Assembly: GCA_963728205.1 (NCBI GenBank)
Contig: CAVSIV010000002.1
Span: forward strand, 416,001 to 480,000
Source: an uncultured Chloroflexia bacterium
Lineage (GTDB): Bacteria > Chloroflexota > Dehalococcoidia > UBA2979
Length of the DNA stretch: 64,000 bases
Reading direction: 5' to 3'
The notes beneath the pieces are model-generated. The model was given only the letters and a program-made list of their open reading frames with translations. It was not told where the DNA came from and did not search any database. This document shows positions 33,622-44,882 of the stretch, one piece after another. Each line of letters opens with the position of its first letter. The first letter of the stretch is position 1. Position numbers and translations under genes: made by a program.

Positions 33622-35570
33622 TACTTGTAGCTCCTCTGCGTCGGGTGCACGTAGTCGAACGTGAGCGGCTCCTTGTTCAGCGCGTGCGGCTCGCCCGCGC
33701 CCTTCCACTCCCACGCCGCCACGTACGAGAAGTGCTCGTCGTCGCGCGCCGCCTCGCCCTCCTCCGTCTGGTGCTCCACGCGGAAGTGGCCCCCGCACGA
33801 CTCCTCGCGGTGGAGGGCATCGCGCGCGATCAGCTCGGCCAACTCGAAGAAGTCCGCGACGCGCCCGGCCTTCTCCAGCGAGTCGTTGAGCGTGTCGCCC
33901 GAGCCGAGCACGCGCACGTCGCGGTGGAACTCGTCGCGCAGCGCGGGGATGTCGCGCAACGCCTGCTCGAGGCCCTCGCGCGACCGCTCCATGCCGATCT
34001 GGTCCCACACGATCCGGCCAAGCTCGCGATGGAAGTGGTCGACCGAGTGCGTGCCGTTCGTCGCGAGGAAGCAGCGGGTCTGCTCGCGCACGCCCTCCTC
34101 GGCCTCCGAGAACGCCGGGTGCGACGTCGGCACCGCCGGCTGTCCGAGCAGCCCGGCGAGATAGTCGCTCACGGTGTTCGGCAGGACGAAGTAGCCGTCG
34201 GCAAGCCCCTGCATCAGCGCCGAGGCGCCGAGCCGGTTCGCGCCGTGGTCGGAGAAGTTCGCCTCGCCGCCGACGAAGAGGCCGGGGATCGTGCTCATCA
34301 GGTTGTAGTCGACCCAGAGCCCGCCCATCACGTAGTGCGACGCCGGGTAGATGCGCATCGGCGTCTCGTACGGGTCCTCGCCGGTGATCCGCTCGTACAT
34401 CTCGAAGAGGTTGCCGTAGCGCTCGACGATCTCCTCGCGGCCGAGCCGTCCGATCGCCTCGGCGAAGTCCAGGTACACCCCGTTCTTCAGCGGGCCGACG
34501 CCGCGGCCGGAGTCGACCTGCCGCTTCGCCGCCCGCGACGCGACGTCGCGCGGCACGAGGTTCCCGAACGCCGGGTACACGCGCTCGAGGTAGTAGTCGC
34601 GATCGGCGTCGGGGATCTGCGAGGGCGGTCGGGTGTCCGCCGGTTCCTTCGGGACCCAGATGCGGCCGTCGTTGCGCAGCGACTCCGACATCAGCGTGAG
34701 CTTCGACTGGTGCTCGCCGCTGGTCGGGATGCACGTCGGGTGGATCTGCGTGAAGCAGGGGTTGGCGAAGGCCGCACCGCGCTTGTGCGCGCGCCATGCC
34801 GCGGTGGCGTTGCTCTTCTTCGCGTTCGTCGAGAGGTAGTAGACGTTGCCGTAGCCCCCGGTCGCGAGCACGACCGCGTGGCCCGACTCCGACCACACCT
34901 CGCCGGTCACGAGGTCGCGCACGACGACGCCGACCGCGCGGCCGTCGACGACGACGAGGTCGAGCATCTCGGTGCGCGTGTGCAGCTCGACGGCGCCGCG
35001 GTCCACCTGGCGCAACAGCGCCTGGTAGGCGCCGAGCAGCAGCTGCTGGCCGGTCTGGCCGCGCGCGTAGAACGTGCGCGAGACCTGCACGCCGCCGAAC
35101 GAGCGGTTGTCGAGCAGCCCGCCGTACTCGCGCGCGAACGGCACGCCCTGCGCCACGCACTGGTCGATGATGTTCACCGACAGCTCGGCGAGCCGGTAGA
35201 CGTTGGCTTCGCGCGAGCGGAAGTCGCCGCCCTTCACGGTGTCGTAGAAGAGGCGATACACGCTGTCGCCGTCGTTCTGGTAGTTCTTCGCGGCGTTGAT
35301 GCCGCCCTGTGCGGCGATCGAGTGCGCGCGGCGCGGCGAGTCGTGGTACGTGATCATCGTCACGCCGTAGCCGAGCTCGGCGAGCGACGCGGCGGCCGAG
35401 GCGCCGGCCAGCCCGGAGCCGACGACGATCACGTTGAAGCGGCGCTTGTTCGCCGGGTTGACCAGCCGCATCGCGAAGCGGTGCTTGTCCCACAGCTCCT
35501 CGATCGGCCCCTCGGGGACGCGCGCGTTCAGCTCGAGTGTCGGTGTCGACGTCGACGTCATGGTGACCAT
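33621..35570 (-). CDS. sdhA: Succinate dehydrogenase / fumarate reductase flavoprotein
   Basis: [25 protein letters not shown] and HGANRLGAS. Confidence 0.96.
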   Translation of the reverse strand: MVTMTSTSTPTLELNARVPEGPIEELWDKHRFAMRLVNPANKRRFNVIVVGSGLAGASAAASLAELGYGVTMITYHDSPRRAHSIAAQGGINAAKNYQNDGDSVYRLFYDTVKGGDFRSREANVYRLAELSVNIIDQCVAQGVPFAREYGGLLDNRSFGGVQVSRTFYARGQTGQQLLLGAYQALLRQVDRGAVELHTRTEMLDLVVVDGRAVGVVVRDLVTGEVWSESGHAVVLATGGYGNVYYLSTNAKKSNATAAWRAHKRGAAFANPCFTQIHPTCIPTSGEHQSKLTLMSESLRNDGRIWVPKEPADTRPPSQIPDADRDYYLERVYPAFGNLVPRDVASRAAKRQVDSGRGVGPLKNGVYLDFAEAIGRLGREEIVERYGNLFEMYERITGEDPYETPMRIYPASHYVMGGLWVDYNLMSTIPGLFVGGEANFSDHGANRLGASALMQGLADGYFVLPNTVSDYLAGLLGQPAVPTSHPAFSEAEEGVREQTRCFLATNGTHSVDHFHRELGRIVWDQIGMERSREGLEQALRDIPALRDEFHRDVRVLGSGDTLNDSLEKAGRVADFFELAELIARDALHREESCGGHFRVEHQTEEGEAARDDEHFSYVAAWEWKGAGEPHALNKEPLTFDYVHPTQRSYK

Positions 35571-35574
35571 GGGA

Positions 35575-36324
35575 TTACCGCACGATTCCGAATTGCACCG
35601 CGAGCGGGAACGAGACGTTGGGCCCGATCACGGCGAGCGTGAACAGGAACGCGAAGACCCGCCGCGCGCGGTTGTACTGCGGCGAGTTCACGCCGAGCGA
35701 CTGGAACAGGCTCCAGGCGCCGTGGAACAGGTGGAAGCCGAGCGCGAGGTTCGCGATCACGTAGACCGCGGCGATTGGCCAGCGTTCGAAGGAGACGACG
35801 ACGTTGTGGTAGACGTCGCCGGCGACGAAGTCCGGGTTCGCGACGCCCCAGGTGAGGTCGAGCAGGTGGAAGACGATGAAGGCGAGGACGATCGGTCCCG
35901 TCCATTTCATCGTGCGCGACGCCCAGTTCGCGGCGATGTAGTCGCGCTTCGACTGGTAGGCGGTGGGGTGCGCGCGCCGGTTCATGCGCCACAGCGTGTA
36001 GGCCGCGTGGATGTGCACGACGATCGCGAGCGCGAGGATGGCGCGCACCGCGTCCAGCACGATGCTGTAGGGCGCGAATGGCTCGCCGAAGGTGCGCAGC
36101 CCGACGGAGTAGTTGTTCACCGCCGCGGCGCCCAGGTACAGCTTGAGGTTGCCGAGCATGTGGCCGAAGACGAAGGCCATCCCCATCACCCCGGTGATGG
36201 CCATCACCCACTTCTTGCCGACGGCGGTCTGGTAGAGGTTGAGCGGCCACGGCCATGCGCGCGGCCGCGGGTTGATCGGGCGGACCGCCGCCCGCGCCGA
36301 GGATTCCGACTGCGTCTGCGTCAT
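35575..36324 (-). CDS. sdhC: Succinate dehydrogenase cytochrome b subunit (b558 type)
   Basis: [16 protein letters not shown] and HLFHG; five TM segments. Confidence 0.92.
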   Translation of the reverse strand: MTQTQSESSARAAVRPINPRPRAWPWPLNLYQTAVGKKWVMAITGVMGMAFVFGHMLGNLKLYLGAAAVNNYSVGLRTFGEPFAPYSIVLDAVRAILALAIVVHIHAAYTLWRMNRRAHPTAYQSKRDYIAANWASRTMKWTGPIVLAFIVFHLLDLTWGVANPDFVAGDVYHNVVVSFERWPIAAVYVIANLALGFHLFHGAWSLFQSLGVNSPQYNRARRVFAFLFTLAVIGPNVSFPLAVQFGIVR

Positions 36325-36567
36325 GCGCCCCTCCCACCACCGGCGTCGGTGCCGCCGCTGCGCCGGACGCACACTGTCCGCTGGCGCACCCGGCGTCACT
36401 CGTACGCTAGCGCGCTGCGCGCTACGGGGCGAGAGCGACGCGCGACGTGCGGGGTGGCGATCCGGCGTATGCGGGATCGCGGAGGAGGGCGCGGGACGGG
36501 GCGGTGCGAGCGTGCGCGCGGGTGCACGGCGCGCCTGAAGCGCCCCGCGCGCCGGCAGTGCGCGCGG

Positions 36568-37023
36568 CTATCGGGCGGGCGTCGACGCGTCGGGGGCGAT
36601 CAGGGCCAGTCCCGATGCCTCGTCGTGGCGCTTGCGAAGGTGCGCGGGCGTCTCCGTGAGCACGACCTCGAGCGTCGGGCGGACGTGTGCCTCCACCAGG
36701 TGTCCGCCGCGCGTCGACGTGTCGCGTCGGGCGACGACCACGTGGCCGTGCACCGCGACCTCGCCGTCCTTGTCCGCGACGTCGCCGGCGAGCGTCAGGA
36801 CCTCGACCTGCTCGTCGAGGCGGTGACGCTCGTACTCCTTGCGCTCCCAGTCGAAGTACGCGAGCACCACGTCCTGGAACGCGCCGATGGCCGTGAACTG
36901 CGCGCCGTTGATCTGCTCGCGGCGCGCGAAGTCTTCCAGCGTCGACATCACCTCGTCGCCGCGGTCGAAGATCAGCGCGAACGTGCGCAGGCCGTCTTCG
37001 CGATGCAGGAGCGTCGATTGCAT
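36568..37023 (-). CDS. PPC / DUF296 domain protein
   Basis: FTAIGAF, HGHVVV and GGHL...VRPTLEV. Confidence 0.88.
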   Translation of the reverse strand: MQSTLLHREDGLRTFALIFDRGDEVMSTLEDFARREQINGAQFTAIGAFQDVVLAYFDWERKEYERHRLDEQVEVLTLAGDVADKDGEVAVHGHVVVARRDTSTRGGHLVEAHVRPTLEVVLTETPAHLRKRHDEASGLALIAPDASTPAR

Positions 37024-40000
37024 CAGTCGTCTCCTCCGCTGCGTGCCCCACGGTCGCCCGCGCCTGCCGGCTCGGGCACGGCGCGCCGCTCGTGCACCGC
37101 CGCGGGCATGTCCGCGCGCGCGGGGCGTGTGCGCGGCGACGGCGCCGCGCCGACGCGCTGGCCGAGCGCCAGCTGGATCACCTCGCCCAGCGTCATCGCG
37201 TCGCGCGGTGTGCCCTGCCGGATCTGCTCGCGGCAGCTGAAGCCGTTCGTGATCACGAGCGCGTCGCGGTCGGCCTTGCGCACGACCGGCAGCAGCGAGT
37301 GCTCGCCCACCGCGATCGACGTCTCGTAGTGTTCGGCCTCGAAGCCGAACGAGCCGGCCATGCCGCAGCAACCCGACGCCAGCACCTCGAAGTCGAGCCC
37401 CAGCCGCTCGAGCATCTCGCGCTCGTCCTCGAGCCCCATCACCGCCTTGTGGTGGCAGTGGCCGTGCACGATCGCACGGCGGTCGAGCTGCGGCGGCCGG
37501 TAGTCGGCCTTCACGAGGAACTCGCTCAGCACGAACGTCTGCTGGCTGAGCCGCCGCGCCATCTGGTCGTGCGGGAACAGGTTCACGAGCTCGTCGCGGA
37601 AGACCGCGACGCAGCTCGGTTCCACGCCGACGATCGGCGTGCCCGCCTCGATCTCCGGGCGCAGCTCCTCGAGCGTCTGCCGCAGCAGGCCCTTCGCCGT
37701 CTCGAGCATCCCGTAGTCGTAGAGCGGGCGACCGCAGCACAGCGACGTGCGCGGAATCACGACGCAGTACCCCGCGTCGGCGAGCGCTGCCGCGGCCGCG
37801 TTCAGCGCGCCGGGATAGATGTAGTTGTTGAAGGTGTCGGGCCACAGGATCACGCGCGGCGCGCCCGCGTCGCCGGCGCCCTGGAACGCGGTCGAGAACG
37901 GCTCGTGCGCGAACGCCGGGATCTGCCGCTCCTGGGCGATGCCGGCGACCTTCTTCGCGATCCAGCGCAGGCCGGGCGTCTGGCTGAAGAAGTTCACGAC
38001 GCGCGGCGCGTGCGACGCCGCGCGCGCCCACCAGTAGATCAGCCCGAGCGAGTAGGCCGTCCGCGGCCGCAGCCGCCGCTCGTAGTAATGGGAGAGGTAC
38101 TCGGCCTTGTAGGTCGCCATGTCGACGTTGACCGGGCAGTCGTTCTTGCACCCCTTGCACGCGAGGCAGAGATCGAGCGCGTCGCGCATGCCATCGTCGC
38201 GCCAGCCCTCCGCCGGCGGCCGGCCGTTCAGCACTTCGAACAGCAGCCGCGCGCGGCCGCGCGTCGAGTCCTTCTCCTCGCGCGTCACCATGAAGCTCGG
38301 GCACATCGTGGAGCCCTCGGGCGAGTCGGCATCGAGCCGTCGGCAGCGGCCGACGCCGACGCAGCGCAGCGCGCCGCGGATGAAGGAGCCGTCGTCCTCG
38401 GGGAACTGAAAGTACGTCTTCCGCGCCGGCGGGTCGTACTCGGTGCCCAGCCGCAGGTCCGAGATGATGCCGTGCGGATCGACGACCTTACCCGGGTTCA
38501 TCTTCCAGGCCGGATCCCAGACCGACTTGAACTCGCGGAACGCGCCCACGATCTCGTGGCCGAACATCTTCGGCAACAGCTCGGCGCGCGACTGGCCATC
38601 GCCGTGCTCGCCGGAGAGCGATCCGCCCATCGAAACCACGAGGGCCGCGGCCTCGCCGACGAACGCGCGGTAGCGCTGCAGCCCCTCGGCGGTGAGCAGG
38701 TCGAAGTCGGTGCGCGTGTGCACGCACCCCTGGCCGAAGTGGCCGTAGAGCGCGCCGTGGTAGCCGTAGCGGTCGTAGAGCTGCTGGTACTCGCGCAGGT
38801 ACTCGCCGAGGCGCTCGGGCGGCACGGCGGCGTCCTCCCAGCCGGGCCAGGCGTCGGGCTCGCCCGGCACGCGCGCGGTCGCGCCGAGGCCCGACTCGCG
38901 AACATCCCACACGTCCGACTGCTTCTTGTCGTCGACCAGGATCTCGCGGGTCGGTCCGTCGTCGCCGAGCGCTTCGAGCATGTCGCGCGCCTGCTGCTCC
39001 GCTTCGTCCTTCGAGTCGGCGCCGAACTCGACGAGCAGCCAGCCGTTGCCCGGCGGCAGGTAGCCGATGTCGTCGAGGTGCAGGTGCTTCTTGCCCATGT
39101 TCTCGATGAGGCGGCGGTCGATGCCCTCCAGGCCGATCGGGCCGTGCTTCATGATCTCGGTGACGTGGTCGGCGGCGTGGAAGACGTCCTCGTAGCCGAG
39201 CACGCAGAGCACGCGCTCCTTCGGGTTCGGGACGAGCTTGAGGGTGGCCCCGAGGATCATCGCGCAGGTGCCCTCGCTGCCGACCAGGGCACGCGCCACG
39301 TTGAAGCCGTGCTCGGGCAGCAGCTCGTCGAGGTTGTAGCCGGAGACGCGGCGCGGAATGTCCGGGTAGCGGCGGCGGATCTCCTCCGCGTGGCCGTCGC
39401 GCACGTTGCGCAGGCCCCGGTAGATCTCGCCGACGCGGCCGGGCAGCGCGGCGAGCCGCTCCAGCTCCTCGGGACTCGTCGGGCCGACGGTCATGCGCGT
39501 GCCGTCGTACGTGAGGATGTCGAGCTCGTGCACGTTGTCGGCCGTGCGGCCGGCCATCACGGCGTGGACGCCGCACGAGTTGTTGCCGAGCATGCCGCCC
39601 AGCGTGCAGTGGTTGTGCGTCGCCGGGTCGGGGCCGAACGTCAGCCCGTACTGCTGCACGGCCGCGTTGCGCAGGTCGTCGAGGATCGTCCCCGGCTGCA
39701 CGCGCGCGAGGCGCCGGTCAGGGTCGATCTCGAGCACGCGGTTGACGTACTTCGAGCAGTCGATCACGACGGCGACGTTGCAGCACTGGCCGGCAAGGCT
39801 CGTGCCGCCGCCACGCGCCAGCACCGGGGCGTCGTGCTGCCGCGCGACCGCGACGGCCGCGATGATGTCCTCCTCGTCGCGCGGGATCACGACGCCGATC
39901 GGCACCTGGCGGTAGTTCGAGGCGTCGGTGGAGTACATCGCGCGCGACGCGGCGTCGAAGCGCACCTCGCCGCGCATCCTGCGGCGGAGGTCGGCCTCGA

Positions 40001-40061
40001 GCGCGGCGAGGCGGGCGGGCGAGATCGGTTCGGCGGTCGCGCTGCGGTTCGCGGTGGTCAC
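37023..40061 (-). CDS. FAD-linked, Fe-S-containing 2-hydroxy-acid dehydrogenase-like oxidoreductase (YdiJ-like)
   Basis: YSTDAS, RGGGTSLAGQ, GEHGDG, CVGVGRC, CLACKGC and CCGMAGSFG. Confidence 0.92.
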   Translation of the reverse strand: MTTANRSATAEPISPARLAALEADLRRRMRGEVRFDAASRAMYSTDASNYRQVPIGVVIPRDEEDIIAAVAVARQHDAPVLARGGGTSLAGQCCNVAVVIDCSKYVNRVLEIDPDRRLARVQPGTILDDLRNAAVQQYGLTFGPDPATHNHCTLGGMLGNNSCGVHAVMAGRTADNVHELDILTYDGTRMTVGPTSPEELERLAALPGRVGEIYRGLRNVRDGHAEEIRRRYPDIPRRVSGYNLDELLPEHGFNVARALVGSEGTCAMILGATLKLVPNPKERVLCVLGYEDVFHAADHVTEIMKHGPIGLEGIDRRLIENMGKKHLHLDDIGYLPPGNGWLLVEFGADSKDEAEQQARDMLEALGDDGPTREILVDDKKQSDVWDVRESGLGATARVPGEPDAWPGWEDAAVPPERLGEYLREYQQLYDRYGYHGALYGHFGQGCVHTRTDFDLLTAEGLQRYRAFVGEAAALVVSMGGSLSGEHGDGQSRAELLPKMFGHEIVGAFREFKSVWDPAWKMNPGKVVDPHGIISDLRLGTEYDPPARKTYFQFPEDDGSFIRGALRCVGVGRCRRLDADSPEGSTMCPSFMVTREEKDSTRGRARLLFEVLNGRPPAEGWRDDGMRDALDLCLACKGCKNDCPVNVDMATYKAEYLSHYYERRLRPRTAYSLGLIYWWARAASHAPRVVNFFSQTPGLRWIAKKVAGIAQERQIPAFAHEPFSTAFQGAGDAGAPRVILWPDTFNNYIYPGALNAAAAALADAGYCVVIPRTSLCCGRPLYDYGMLETAKGLLRQTLEELRPEIEAGTPIVGVEPSCVAVFRDELVNLFPHDQMARRLSQQTFVLSEFLVKADYRPPQLDRRAIVHGHCHHKAVMGLEDEREMLERLGLDFEVLASGCCGMAGSFGFEAEHYETSIAVGEHSLLPVVRKADRDALVITNGFSCREQIRQGTPRDAMTLGEVIQLALGQRVGAAPSPRTRPARADMPAAVHERRAVPEPAGAGDRGARSGGDD

Positions 40062-40100
40062 GTGGGTTCCCTTTCCTCGGCGTCGTGCGGCGGGGTCGCC

Positions 40101-41255
40101 TCAGACGCGGTAGCGGGCGGCGTCCGCGCGCTTCAGCTCGAGGCCGAGGCCCGGGCGCGTGAGATCGGGGACGAGCGCGCCGTCCCGCGGCTCGAGCGCG
40201 CCGTCGAAGAGCAGGTGCTCGATGCGGACGTGGTCGAAGAAGTACTCGAGGTGGCGCAGCGCGGGCAGCGCGCACGCGGCGTGCGCGTGGACCGACGGCG
40301 CGCAGTGGCCGGAGTACGGCACGTGCCACGCGTCGCACAGCGCGCCGCCGGCGAGAAAGCCGCTGATGCCGAGGCAGCGCGTCGCGTCCACCTGCAGCAC
40401 GTCGACGGCCTGCGCCTGCAGCATGCGCTGCACGTACCACGGGTCGTAGGCGTACTCGCCGGCGGCGACCTCCATGGCGGCGGGCGCGTGGTCGCGCACG
40501 AAGCGCAGGCCGTCGAGGTCGTCCGACGACACGGGCTCCTCGAACCAGCGCACGTCCAGCTGCGCGAAGGCGTCGGCGGCGACCAGTGCCTGGCGGCGGC
40601 CGTACGCGCCGTTGGCGTCGACGAAGAGCTCGACGTCGTCGCCGATGGCGTCGCGCGCGGCGGCCACGCGCGCGGGGTCGGCCGCCGGGTTGCGCCCGAC
40701 CTTCATCTTCACGCGCGGGATGCCCTGCTCGACCCAGCGCGCCATGTGCGCCTGCAGCTGGTCGACGTCGTAGGACGTGAAGCCGCCGCTGCCGTAGACG
40801 GGCACCGCGGCGCGGCAGCGGCCCAGCAGGCGCGCGAGGGGGAGGTCGAGCAGCTTCGCCTTGAGATCCCACAGCGCGACATCGACCGCCGCGATCGCGC
40901 AGGCGGCGACGCCGGGCCGGCCGGCGTTGCGCACCGCCCGCGCCATGGCGCGGGCGCAGTCGGGGATCGCGAAGGCGTCGCTGCCGCGGACGGCCGGCGC
41001 GAGCTTGTCGGCGACGATCTCCGCGGCGGACGCGTGCGCATACGAGTAGCCGATGCCGACGCGCCCGCCGGCCGCGACCTCGACGAGCACCATCGTCGTC
41101 GAGTCCCAGTCGAGCGTGCCGTCCGACTCCGGCGTCTCCGTCGGGATCGTGTAGGCGGCGACGTCGACGCGCTCGATCGGCGTGTCGCCGTCGACGACGC
41201 GCTCGGCGTCGTGCGCCGGCGCGGCGCGGGTGGCGACCAGGTGCGAGCCCGCCAT
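40101..41255 (-). CDS. Mandelate racemase / enolase-superfamily enzyme (in frame with the upstream gene)
   Basis: VYGSGG, KMKVG, VDAN, WFEEP, AGEY and HLEYF. Confidence 0.88.
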   Translation of the reverse strand: MAGSHLVATRAAPAHDAERVVDGDTPIERVDVAAYTIPTETPESDGTLDWDSTTMVLVEVAAGGRVGIGYSYAHASAAEIVADKLAPAVRGSDAFAIPDCARAMARAVRNAGRPGVAACAIAAVDVALWDLKAKLLDLPLARLLGRCRAAVPVYGSGGFTSYDVDQLQAHMARWVEQGIPRVKMKVGRNPAADPARVAAARDAIGDDVELFVDANGAYGRRQALVAADAFAQLDVRWFEEPVSSDDLDGLRFVRDHAPAAMEVAAGEYAYDPWYVQRMLQAQAVDVLQVDATRCLGISGFLAGGALCDAWHVPYSGHCAPSVHAHAACALPALRHLEYFFDHVRIEHLLFDGALEPRDGALVPDLTRPGLGLELKRADAARYRV

Positions 41256-43007
41256 GGCTGAGATCAGCTCCCGGACCTTGTCGCCCATGGCGGTGACCGC
41301 GATCTTCACGCGGTTCGGCTCGCCGCGCGCCAGCGACTTCGCGAAGTTGATCGCCTGCGAGCGCTCGATCTTCGCCGGCAGCGGCGGCTCGAGCGGGTCG
41401 ACGACCGCCTGCACGACCACGGGTCCCGGCGTGTTGAGCGCCTGCGCCAGGGTCGCCGCGCACTCGCCCGGCTGCTCGATCGTGAAGCCGGTCCCGCCGC
41501 AGGCCTCGGCGAACTTCGCGAAGTCGATCGGTGCGAGCTGGATCCCGTACTCCGGGTTCCCGTTCATCACCATCTGCTCCCACTTGATCTGGCCGAGCGC
41601 GTTGTTCTTGATCACGATCACCTTGATCGGGAGGTCGTGCTTCACGGCAGTCACGAAGTCCGCCATCAGCATCGAGAAGGCGCCGTCGCCGACGAACGCC
41701 ACCACCTGGCGACCGGGGTGCGCGACCGCGGCGCCCAGCGCGTAGGGCAGGCCGTTCGCCATCGTCGCCAGGGTGCCGGAGCAGCTGAACATCTGGCCCC
41801 GTCGCGCCTTGATCTGGCGCGCCCACCACGTCGTGATGCTGCCGCTGTCGGAGACGACGATCGCGTCGTCGTGCAGGAGCTTGTTCAGCTCCCACGCCAC
41901 GACCTGCGGCTTCATCGGCATCTCGTCGCGCGTACCGCGCTCCTCCATCGTCTGCCACCAGTCGCTCATGCCGCTCTGCGCCTGCTCGAGGAAGGAGCGG
42001 TCGTCCTTGCGCCGCAGCATGGGGAGCAGTTGCTGGAGGACCTGCGTGCTGTCGCCGACGAGGCCGACCTCGACGGGATAGCGCAGCCCGATACGCTGCG
42101 GGTCGGCGTCGATCTGGACGCAGCGGGCCTGCCCCGGCTCCGGCAGGAACTCCATGTAGGGGAACGAGGACCCGACGATGAAGAGCGTGTCGCACTGCTC
42201 GAAGGCATCCTGCGACGGCTTCGTGCCGAGCAGTCCGATGCCGCCCGTGGTGTACGGGGAATCGTCGGGCACCGCGGCCTTGCCGAGCAGCGCCTTCACG
42301 ATCGGCGCGCCGAGCGCCTCGGCGACCTGCTCGAGCTCGTCGGTGGCGCCGAGCGCGCCGCGGCCGGCGAGGATGGCGACCTTCGAGCCGGCGTTGAGGA
42401 CCTCGGCCGCCTCGCGGATCTGCGACTCCGCCGGCTGCGGGAACGCCCACGCGCGCTGCGACGAGGTGTGATCGGCGACGTTGCGCTTCGTGCGGCGCGC
42501 GACCTCCTCCTCCTGGAAGTCCACCGGCACCTGCACGTGCGCGACGCCGCGGCCGCTGATCGCCGACCGGCATGCGATGTTCACGACGTTCTCGATGTGC
42601 GCGGGGGACATCACCCGCGTGCTGTAGATCGAGACGTCCTGAAAGACGCGATCGAGGTCGACGTCCTGCTGGGACCACGTGTCGATCAGGTCGCTGAAGT
42701 GATGGCCGGTGATCGCCAGCACCGGCTGGCCGTCCAGCTTGGCGTCGTAGAGCCCGTTCAGCAGGTGGAGTCCGCCCGGACCCGAGGTGGCGAGGCAGAC
42801 GCCGAGGCGCCCCGTGAACTTCGCGTAGCCGACGGCCGCGAACGCCGCGGACTCCTCGTGGCGGACCTGCACGAAGCGGATCTTGTCTTCGCGCTTGCGC
42901 AGGCCCTCCATCAGCCCGTTGATGCCGTCGCCGGGGAGGCCGAAGACCGTGTCGACTCCCCAGTCGATGAGCGTGTCGAACAGGATGTCGGCGCCGTTCT
43001 GTCCCAT
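41256..43007 (-). CDS. TPP-dependent pyruvate oxidase/dehydrogenase-like enzyme (no stop; reads into the enolase gene)
   Basis: FGLPGDG, VRHEESA, TSGPG and GDGAFSM...NN. Confidence 0.9.
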
Positions 43008-43082
43008 GGTGGCCTCCGTTCGATCTCGATGCGTGGTGTGGGGCGCAGGACGCGCCCGCGCGTGCGCGGTGAGCGGCGCCGG

Positions 43083-43466
43083 TCAGCCGGACGCGCCGCC
43101 GGCGAACGCGATCGTGCTGAGCAGCGCGTTCTCCGCCTGGCGCGAGTCGAGCCGCGTGTGCTGCACGACGACCGGGACGTCGGACTCGATCACGCTCGCG
43201 TAGTCTGTGGCCGCGGGGATCGGTTCCGGGTCGCGCAGCGCGTTGAAGCGGACGTGGCGCGTGCGCCGTGCCGGGACGACGACTTCGTACGGGCCGGCCG
43301 GCTCGCGGTCGCTGAAGAAGACGTGGATGCGCACGTGGGCGTCCGCGTCCGACGCGTTCAGGATGCAGGCGGTCTCGTGGCTCGTGAACTCGGGCTCCTG
43401 CCCGTGGCTCCAGCCCGGGATGTAGCCCTCAGCGATCGCCCAGCGCGTGCGTCCGATAGCGTCCAC
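43083..43466 (-). CDS. Anabaena sensory rhodopsin transducer (ASRT)-family protein
   Basis: IGRTRWAIAEGYIP, SHETACILN and VVVQHTRLDSRQ. Confidence 0.88.
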   Translation of the reverse strand: MDAIGRTRWAIAEGYIPGWSHGQEPEFTSHETACILNASDADAHVRIHVFFSDREPAGPYEVVVPARRTRHVRFNALRDPEPIPAATDYASVIESDVPVVVQHTRLDSRQAENALLSTIAFAGGASG

Positions 43467-43640
43467 GATGCTCCGATCCGGTGCCGTGGGGGCGGCCCGA
43501 CGGCTGGTTGAACGCTACGACGCGGCGCGGGCGGGTTCGCATAACCGCGAGGACCGGTGAGTTGCAATGGGGTGTCACTCGCGGCGCGGGGTATCGTGAG
43601 GCTTCACCACGGGAGCCGAGAGAGCGGAGCAGGCGAGCCG

Positions 43641-44057
43641 ATGCCGGGCGCGAACGACTTCAACACGCAGATCATCAACGAGTTTCGGCAGAACGCCGGG
43701 AAGGTCGGCGGGCCGTTCGAGGGCGCGCCGATGCTCCTGCTGCATACGACGGGCGCGAAGAGCGGGGCGGAGCGCGTCAACCCCGTTGTCTACCAGCCCC
43801 TGGCCGACGGTGCGATGGCGGTCTTCGCGTCGAAGGGCGGCGCGCCGACGAACCCGGACTGGTACCACAACCTCGTCGCGCACCCGGACGTCACCGTCGA
43901 GGTCGGCACGGAGACGGTGACGGCGACGGCGCGGGTGGCACAGGGCGAGGAGCGCGACCGCATCTGGACGAAGCAGAAGCAGGCGGCGCCGGGGTTCGCG
44001 GAGTACGAGCGGAAGACGGCGCGGGAGATCCCGGTGGTGATCATCGAGCGGCGCTAG
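43641..44057 (+). CDS. F420H2-dependent deazaflavin nitroreductase (Ddn-like)
   Basis: LLLHTTGAKSG, ASKGGAPTNPDWYHNL and REIPVV. Confidence 0.92.
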   Translation: MPGANDFNTQIINEFRQNAGKVGGPFEGAPMLLLHTTGAKSGAERVNPVVYQPLADGAMAVFASKGGAPTNPDWYHNLVAHPDVTVEVGTETVTATARVAQGEERDRIWTKQKQAAPGFAEYERKTAREIPVVIIERR

Positions 44058-44245
44058 GGCACTCGCTCTGCGCGGCGCCCGGAGGCCAGGCCTCGCGCGG
44101 AGGCGGTCCGGGCTGCGTCCCTAACATTTGCTAACGCTGGCGAGCGAGGGGTAGAGATCGCATCGGGCCGGGCCGTCAGTCGGACCGGAGGCAGACGCGC
44201 TATCCAGATCACCCCTCTCGGGGAGCAGCTCTGGAGGTCGGCCTC

Positions 44246-44614
44246 GTGGACCTCGTCGTAGTCATCGAACAGGATCCCGCGATCGGCGAGCTGCTCGAGA
44301 TCGTGCTCGGCGACGCGGGCTTCGACGTGCGTGTGCTCCCGAACCCGTCGGACCTGGTGCCCGAAGTGCGCAGCCGGACGCCGCGTGTCGTGCTGCTCGA
44401 CCTGCCGCCCGCGAAAGACGTCTACGCGGACCTGGAGCGCGTGCAGCGGGTGCTGCGAGGCAGATGTACCCGCCTGGTGGCGATGACGACGTCGCAGTCG
44501 GTGGAAGCCGACTGCCGCGAGTCGCGACACATCCCTGCGCTGTTGAAGCCGTTCGACCTCGATGAGCTTGTCGCCCTCGTGACCACCGAGGTGCCTCCGG
44601 GCGGCGCCAACTGA
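44246..44614 (+). CDS. Atypical receiver-domain protein
   Basis: VVVIEQD, LLDL and LKPFDLDEL; GGAGG RBS. Confidence 0.7.
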   Translation: MDLVVVIEQDPAIGELLEIVLGDAGFDVRVLPNPSDLVPEVRSRTPRVVLLDLPPAKDVYADLERVQRVLRGRCTRLVAMTTSQSVEADCRESRHIPALLKPFDLDELVALVTTEVPPGGAN

Positions 44615-44836
44615 CGGTCGGGCGCGCGCCGCGGCTCCCCCCGTATCAGACCGGAGTGGCGCTCCAGCGCGCATGTAGCGCTGTCGTGCATGTGCTACGC
44701 CGAAGTGCATCTGATTGCATGACGAGGCGAATCGCGGCGCGATCACGGGTCCAGATGTCATGCACAGCTCGCGCCAGGCACGGCACACCAGGGCCCATCG
44801 CCATGGACGAACCAGCGCCGACCGCGGCAGACGGGA

Positions 44837-44867
44837 TTGCGGGTGACGCCGCGTCACCCGCTACGTT
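44837..44867 (+). promoter_or_regulatory. MerR-type promoter/operator
   Basis: TTGCGG-19 nt-TACGTT with the 11-1-11 dyad GCGGGTGACGC-C-GCGTCACCCGC. Confidence 0.8.
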
Positions 44868-44882
44868 CGTCCTGGGGGCTGC

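Noticed and set aside
37092-41261. Very long antisense ORFs (37092..41261, 57011..61645, 25842..28802 and many others)
   Set aside because: These are shadow ORFs caused by high GC3 opposite genuine genes; they are Arg/Ala-rich with no motifs.
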